Source of the DNA: Candidatus Falkowbacteria bacterium RIFOXYD12_FULL_34_57
Lineage (GTDB): Bacteria > Patescibacteriota > Patescibacteriia > Patescibacteriales > UBA12075
Direction: 5' to 3'
Length of the DNA: 64,000 bases
Assembly (NCBI GenBank): GCA_001780285.1
Contig: MFGN01000034.1
Location: forward strand, 10,462-74,461
The notes under the pieces were generated by a model, which saw only the letters and a list, made by a program, of their open reading frames with translations, searched no databases and had not been told where the DNA came from. Both the position numbers and the translations under genes were made by a program. Positions 58,606 to 64,000 of the stretch are shown in pieces (the stretch's first letter is position 1; the number at the start of each line of letters is the position of its first letter).

Positions 58606-60936
58606 TCAATCCTCTTTATAATTGAATATTGGACCAATTGCCATAATTTTCTTTTCTCCTTGTTTGTATATCAATGAGACAAACTGAACACCGTTTATGC
58701 TTTCTGTTATTTTCTTTCTTTCGGATTCAATAGTGAAACTTTTATCAGACCTCTCTTTTACAAAATACAATTTAGCAAAATCCACAATAAAATCCTTGTC
58801 ATTTGTATCAAGTTCTTGATTGGATAATTCTTTTATTATAATTCCTTTTATTTTTTTTAAAGTATCATTAAGTTCTTTTAGCTGGACAGAAATAATATTT
58901 GTCTTTTTAGTAATTTGCAAGGCAAAAAACATTTTTAAAAGCATTTCATTTTTGGCAATTAACTCATCAACTAGTTCCAAGTTGGGTTCAATAAAATTAT
59001 AAGAGTTGTCTACCGCATTAACACCAAAACTAGAAGCTGTTTTTTCTTCAAAATAATTAACAAGTTTATCTTGTTGAAGATGCAGGCTAACCCAAGAACC
59101 CAAAATGGTATTCATGTCTTTTTTGTTTTTCCATGACTGATTATTTATGAAAACCGGCTGTCCCAATCTATCATAAGATAAGATGGATTTTGCAATATCA
59201 AGCGTTGACCAATAAATATTATTATTCCATGTATACACATCAAAATCATTTGTTAAATTTCTTAATTTTTTTAATTCTTGATCATAGTTTTCATAGTTGG
59301 TGTTTAACAAGTAGTATTTATCTACGAGCCCAGAAACATCCGGATGAATCAGATTTATAACATCCATGCCAAAACCAACACAACGAAAAGTTGTTTGATA
59401 ATATTTTTTACTTGCGCAAGAAGTTATAAGTTTTTCATCTTTGATGAGAGAATTTACTATCTTTATTTCATCTCCGGTTAAAGATTTAAAAATATAGTCA
59501 TTTGGCCAATATGAATCTTGAAACATTTTCATGCCCAATTTTGGCCTTTCGTTTTTATTATTCCTGTCAAATCCTCCTTCTAATTTTGAGAAATAGAATT
59601 CAAAAATATTTTTTTGCAGCTTAGCCAAGTCTTCTTCTCTGTTTTTATTATTTGGTGAAAAAATTTCTTCAATGGAATAATCTTCGCCAAAAACACTTAT
59701 CAGAGATTCGTGATAATGTAGATAGGTTAAATCTTTACGGAGACCGGAAAAAAATGAAACAAATTTATAGATATTGGCCCATTTGCTTTTTATATCATTA
59801 TTATCAGAAACATCACTGGCGATAAAACTGGCCGCCACCATGTTTATTATCCAATCATCATGATCAATCAAACAATTCTCGCAATCATTATTTCGATAAT
59901 ATAACGGAAAAACAGAATTAAGCCATTTTAAGGTTAAATAAAAATTATTTAATTTAGCATTTTCCCTGTAGTCATTTGGCACCTTAAATTGGTCATAATT
60001 TCTAAAATATAAAAAAATTGGTGATTTATGCTCACCGTCAGATTTATAAATTAAATCAACTTCTTTATAAACATCGTTTTGCAAATAATCAGGCATTAAA
60101 AAACTAAAATTCTCCGCATCCTGCATACTAAACTTATTTTCATCAACCAAATTCGGCTTATCGTTTATTTGTGCACTCTTTGGCTTGAGCAAATTAAGCG
60201 CCACAGCATAATATGCCATCTCCATTCGAATTCCTTCTAGGATCGGATCGTTGGCGATACCAACATCGTTTTGTCTTTTTTTGTATCTAGTTAGGGCTAT
60301 ATCAAATAATTTCTTATTTATTTCCCACAAATTGTCATAAAAAACATTTTTCTCAATTTCCTTGAACACTTGATTCAAATTATTTTGATTATAGTAAATC
60401 AGAAAATCAGTTGTAAGCACAAGCGGTATTTCATTTTTTAATAATTCCTTGTATGCGCCATAAAAATCACTTGTACCAAACAACGGTTCTTTTATTATGG
60501 CAAAGCCATCCTTATTAAAATCCTCAATATATGGATCTAGATTTATTTTTCTGGAAACATCATGATAATTGGCTACATCCACTTTAACATTAATCGGTAA
60601 GCTATATGTACTTTTGTTGGGTTGGAAGTCGTTTTTTATCTTTTGATAAAAATGTCCAAATGTTAAATATTCTGCTTCTATATCCGTAGTGGTTCCAAAT
60701 TCTGAAAAATCACCATTATTATTTCCATTACCCTCTGGCAGTCTTCCTGTTTCTGTTGTACTGGCGGTATTTACTGGTGTTTTTAGGGGCGCCACTGGTT
60801 TGTTGAAAAATTTAATAATAAAAAAAGCGCCAACTATACAGATAGCTAATAGAATTAAAATTGATGAGGTGATAAATTTGTTTGGCTCCTGTTTGTCTAT
60901 CCCAGGCTCCTTTTTCCATTCTTGATCTATAAACAT
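58606..60936 (-). CDS. DUF3160-like membrane-anchored protein
   Basis: N-terminal TM, GFAII, PLVLTTD, YDQFKVP, LGSWVSL and FIEPN motifs. Confidence 0.7.
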   Translation of the reverse strand: MFIDQEWKKEPGIDKQEPNKFITSSILILLAICIVGAFFIIKFFNKPVAPLKTPVNTASTTETGRLPEGNGNNNGDFSEFGTTTDIEAEYLTFGHFYQKIKNDFQPNKSTYSLPINVKVDVANYHDVSRKINLDPYIEDFNKDGFAIIKEPLFGTSDFYGAYKELLKNEIPLVLTTDFLIYYNQNNLNQVFKEIEKNVFYDNLWEINKKLFDIALTRYKKRQNDVGIANDPILEGIRMEMAYYAVALNLLKPKSAQINDKPNLVDENKFSMQDAENFSFLMPDYLQNDVYKEVDLIYKSDGEHKSPIFLYFRNYDQFKVPNDYRENAKLNNFYLTLKWLNSVFPLYYRNNDCENCLIDHDDWIINMVAASFIASDVSDNNDIKSKWANIYKFVSFFSGLRKDLTYLHYHESLISVFGEDYSIEEIFSPNNKNREEDLAKLQKNIFEFYFSKLEGGFDRNNKNERPKLGMKMFQDSYWPNDYIFKSLTGDEIKIVNSLIKDEKLITSCASKKYYQTTFRCVGFGMDVINLIHPDVSGLVDKYYLLNTNYENYDQELKKLRNLTNDFDVYTWNNNIYWSTLDIAKSILSYDRLGQPVFINNQSWKNKKDMNTILGSWVSLHLQQDKLVNYFEEKTASSFGVNAVDNSYNFIEPNLELVDELIAKNEMLLKMFFALQITKKTNIISVQLKELNDTLKKIKGIIIKELSNQELDTNDKDFIVDFAKLYFVKERSDKSFTIESERKKITESINGVQFVSLIYKQGEKKIMAIGPIFNYKED

Positions 60937-60942
60937 GGAAAT

Positions 60943-61090
60943 TAGTTAAGGTTTATAAAATAAAAGTTAAAAGTCTGAAATCGCTTACGCGATAATATGA
61001 TAAAAATTTATAAACCTAAAAGTTAATTAAAATATTGTCGCAAAGCAACCCAATTACTTTTAACTTTATAAACTTTACGAATTTTCAACT
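60943..61090. repeat. Heptamer-arm inverted element (AAAGTNN family)
   Basis: TAGT...AAAAGTTAAAAGTCTGAAATCGCTTACGCGAT ... ACTTTTAACTTTATAAACTTT. Confidence 0.7.
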
Positions 61091-61175
61091 CATCTTTATT
61101 ATAACATTTTTTCAGATAAAAAACAAAAAATCGTTAATTTTTTAAATAACGATTTTTTATACTTAATACAACAAA

Positions 61176-62192
61176 CTATTTTAAATATTTGGCCTTGTTT
61201 CTTAAATGTTCATCGTATGTTTTACTAAAAATCGTCTCCCCTGTCGACGCACTTAGAAAATAATTATAATCTGTTTTATCGGGATAAATTGCAGCCGTAA
61301 TAGCGTTGAAGCCGGGATTTGCTATTGGTCCAGGGGGAAGTCCTGGGTTTTTATAAGTGTTATATGGTGAATCTATGTTAGTATCTTCTATGGTGTATTG
61401 CGGTTTATTTACCCCCAGAATATAAGCAAGGCTTGCACAAGACTCTAACGCCCTACCAGAATTAATTCGATTCCAAAAAACACCGGAAACCAACTTCATA
61501 TCCCCAAAACTACGCACCTCTTTTTCAATAATTGATGCCATGGTTATTATTTCGTAAATTGTTTTTCCTTGTTTTTTGATATCATCACGCATTTTGGGTG
61601 TTAATTTTTGATCTAAATTTTTAAGCATTTTTTGCACAATATCATTTGGGGTAGCGTCCTCATAAATTTTATAAGTATCAGGGAATAAATATCCCTCTAA
61701 CCCTGAATTTTTTGGCCTATCTGCTAAAAATTCATAATTTTTCCTATAATCTGGATTGTCTTTATTCACAACCTCCAAAAAATTACCACCCTGCAATACT
61801 CCTTCTTTTTCAAAATAGGAAACAATATCTTTTATATTCCACCCCTCTATAATTTTAATTGTTTTCTCTTTGCTTACTGCCCTGCCCCATGACAATATTT
61901 CAACTATATCCCTTGGATTCATGGTTTGATTTAAAACATACTCTCCTGCTTGTAATTTTGCTTCTAAATTATTGTTCCACAAATAAAACTTAAAATAAAA
62001 TTTAGACTTTATTAAATCTTTTTGATATAAGTTTTCAGCTATCTTATTGGCCCCCTCGCCCGTCTTCACCACAAAGACGATACCATCTTTGTTGTTGCCA
62101 GATATTGGACCACTAACTGCATTTAAATAAACTCCGAAAAACAATGCCGCGGGAAAAATTAATATTAATAATATTTTTAAAAATTTTTTCAT
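61176..62192 (-). CDS. mltG: Endolytic transglycosylase MltG
   Basis: EG, LEGYLFPDTY, ASIIEKE, VFWNR and SPYNTY..PGLPPGPIANPG motifs. Confidence 0.96.
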   Translation of the reverse strand: MKKFLKILLILIFPAALFFGVYLNAVSGPISGNNKDGIVFVVKTGEGANKIAENLYQKDLIKSKFYFKFYLWNNNLEAKLQAGEYVLNQTMNPRDIVEILSWGRAVSKEKTIKIIEGWNIKDIVSYFEKEGVLQGGNFLEVVNKDNPDYRKNYEFLADRPKNSGLEGYLFPDTYKIYEDATPNDIVQKMLKNLDQKLTPKMRDDIKKQGKTIYEIITMASIIEKEVRSFGDMKLVSGVFWNRINSGRALESCASLAYILGVNKPQYTIEDTNIDSPYNTYKNPGLPPGPIANPGFNAITAAIYPDKTDYNYFLSASTGETIFSKTYDEHLRNKAKYLK

Positions 62193-62271
62193 AATTTAGT
62201 TAAAAAATGCAATATCTATAAAGTTTAAAATAATAAAAAAGTACCTTAAAATGTTTAACTGGCTCACGGGA

Positions 62272-63348
62272 CTATAAATATTTATCCAACTTTTTAATTT
62301 TTAATTTATCTACAATTTTTTTTACATCTTGAGCTTTTTCCTTTGGACAAAGAAGTAGGGAATCCTCTGTCTCAATTACCACCATACCCCGAACCCCCAC
62401 CATGGTAATAAGCTTATCAGAATAATTATAAACTAAATTATCACTTCCTTCAATATTAAGCACCATCCCTTTGGTAATACTTCCTCTTTTACTCTTAGAC
62501 AAAATATCTTTAACTGTGCGCCAGTTACCAACATCAGCCCAACCGAAATCAGCAGGAATAACCAATAAATCTTTAGTTTTTTCTATAATTCCATAATCCA
62601 TGGAGATTGGCTCAATTTTTTTAAATTCTTTGGCAATATTTTTTTCTCCGCCTTCTTTTTCAATGTTTTTTTCAATATTTTTCAATATTTTATACATTTT
62701 TGGCAAATATTTTTTGTATAAATCCAGAAGTGTGTCGACTCGCCAAGCAAAACAACCAATATTCCATAAATACTCCCATTTTTGCAAATATTCTTGGGCA
62801 ATTTTTAAGCTAGGCTTCTCCTTGAAACAATCCACTTCAAAAACTTTAAATTTTCCAATCTCATCCTTTTGCTCCCCCATTTTAATATACCCATAACCGG
62901 TTTCTGGATATGTGGGATTTATACCAATTAAAACTCCCATTGTTGGTTTTTTGTTTATAGCCTTTTCCACTAATTTAATTGTTCTAATATAATCTTTTTC
63001 ATTCTTTATATAATGATCAGAATTAATGCTTATCATTATTTCTTTAGAATTTTTTTTATGAAGTGTTGCTGCGGCAAATCCAATGGCAGCAGCTGTGTCT
63101 TTTTTATCCGGTTCAATAATATAATTTTTAGACAAAAAACGAGGAAGTTGCTTAGATATTATATCAATCTGAGATCTATTGGTTGCAATATAAATATCAC
63201 TTTTCCGAAATCCACTAATTAGACGGTCATAAGTACTGACAAGTAGTGTTTTATCAGCAATGATGGGTTTAGTTTGTTTAGGTGTATTTTTTCGCGATAC
63301 AGGCCACAATCTGGTACCCGAACCGCCGGCAAGTATAACTAATTTCAT
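62272..63348 (-). CDS. manC: Mannose-1-phosphate guanylyltransferase
   Basis: LAGGSGTRLWP.SR...PKQ, EP...DTA, SDH, ETGYGYI, FKEKP, SMDYGI.EK and WADVG motifs. Confidence 0.92.
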   Translation of the reverse strand: MKLVILAGGSGTRLWPVSRKNTPKQTKPIIADKTLLVSTYDRLISGFRKSDIYIATNRSQIDIISKQLPRFLSKNYIIEPDKKDTAAAIGFAAATLHKKNSKEIMISINSDHYIKNEKDYIRTIKLVEKAINKKPTMGVLIGINPTYPETGYGYIKMGEQKDEIGKFKVFEVDCFKEKPSLKIAQEYLQKWEYLWNIGCFAWRVDTLLDLYKKYLPKMYKILKNIEKNIEKEGGEKNIAKEFKKIEPISMDYGIIEKTKDLLVIPADFGWADVGNWRTVKDILSKSKRGSITKGMVLNIEGSDNLVYNYSDKLITMVGVRGMVVIETEDSLLLCPKEKAQDVKKIVDKLKIKKLDKYL

Positions 63349-63509
63349 TGTAATTCACTTCGCGAACCCGTGCTGCTCCGCCAGCTGGCGGATACAGGAT
63401 ATGCGAATATTAATATTAAAATTATGATAATAAAAATAATTGTGGATAAGTCTAGGGTTGATTTTTTTTGTTATTTATGATATAATAAAAATGAAAACAA
63501 AAATAAAAA

Positions 63510-64000
63510 ATGAAAACAAAAATAAAGTTCTTCCAATTAAATACAAATTTTTTTTCATACTCTTTGTTGGCTGTGCTGATGGGGGTTTTTTTATTCCCTA
63601 ATATTGGCTACTTTTCAACAATTACGGAAGAAAATATTATAAACCTCACTAACCACGAAAGAATCCAAAACAACCTGCAAGCACTAAATACTAATCAATT
63701 ATTAACCAAGGCAGCCTATCAAAAAGGTCAAGATATACTAACTTCTCAAACTTTTGCCCATACTATTGGCGATAAAAAATTTTCAACATGGATTCAGGGT
63801 GCAGAATATGAATATTTATATTCAGGAGAAAATTTAGCAATTAATTTTATGACTAGCGAGGGGGCGATGCGCGCTTGGCTTAACTCTGAAACACACAAAA
63901 AAAATATATTAAATCCAAATTTTAAAGAGATTGGTGTAGCAATAATAGAAGGAAAATTTAACGGAGAAAACTCAATTATCATTGTACAAATATTCGGATC
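63510..64000 (+). CDS. CAP (SCP) domain protein, partial
   Basis: Manual translation gives LTNHER, FAH, SGENLA and AWLNSETHKKNILNPNFKEIGVA; runs off the window end. Confidence 0.9.
   Translation, partial: MKTKIKFFQLNTNFFSYSLLAVLMGVFLFPNIGYFSTITEENIINLTNHERIQNNLQALNTNQLLTKAAYQKGQDILTSQTFAHTIGDKKFSTWIQGAEYEYLYSGENLAINFMTSEGAMRAWLNSETHKKNILNPNFKEIGVAIIEGKFNGENSIIIVQIFG

Noticed and set aside
63441..63449. DnaA box TGTGGATAA (weaker ones near 36943 and 52945) as oriC
   Set aside because: The boxes are isolated, with no cluster and no dnaA/dnaN nearby; at most they are regulatory.
1..64000. CRISPR array, DGR reverse transcriptase/TR, integrase or transposase
   Set aside because: I saw no regularly spaced repeat-spacer array, no RT motif ORF and no second copy of the putative VR by eye.

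Overview
This is an AT-rich chromosomal segment whose gene content points to a Patescibacteria (CPR/Parcubacteria) genome; the taxonomy is inferred, not shown. The core carries a fragmented dcw cluster (mraZ-rsmH-ftsL-ftsI-murF ... mraY-ftsW-murG-murC-murB), alaS, cysS, rplJ/rplL, rplU, dnaB-ybaB-recR, rarA, mltG and glycosylation genes, plus RNase P RNA, tRNA-Thr(CGT) and tRNA-Lys(TTT). No CRISPR array, integrase, transposase or reverse transcriptase is visible. Five observations stand out. (1) Small elements built from inverted arms of degenerate 7-bp repeats around a GC palindrome sit at many gene junctions and bracket rnpB and tRNA-Thr. One element with the same arm architecture carries a four-helix-bundle (IVP/Avd-like) gene. 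(2) A probable remote DGR target gene is present with no TR or RT in the window. (3) Palindromic repeats appear inserted in frame into murC, cysS, an EamA gene and a VirB4-like ATPase. (4) Core genes lack Shine-Dalgarno (SD) sites or look leaderless, while accessory genes carry SD sites, mostly with a consensus promoter and a terminator. (5) There are several candidate structured RNAs, an unlisted Cys-rich small ORF and a frameshifted oxidoreductase. All calls come from reading motifs by eye; no database searches were run.
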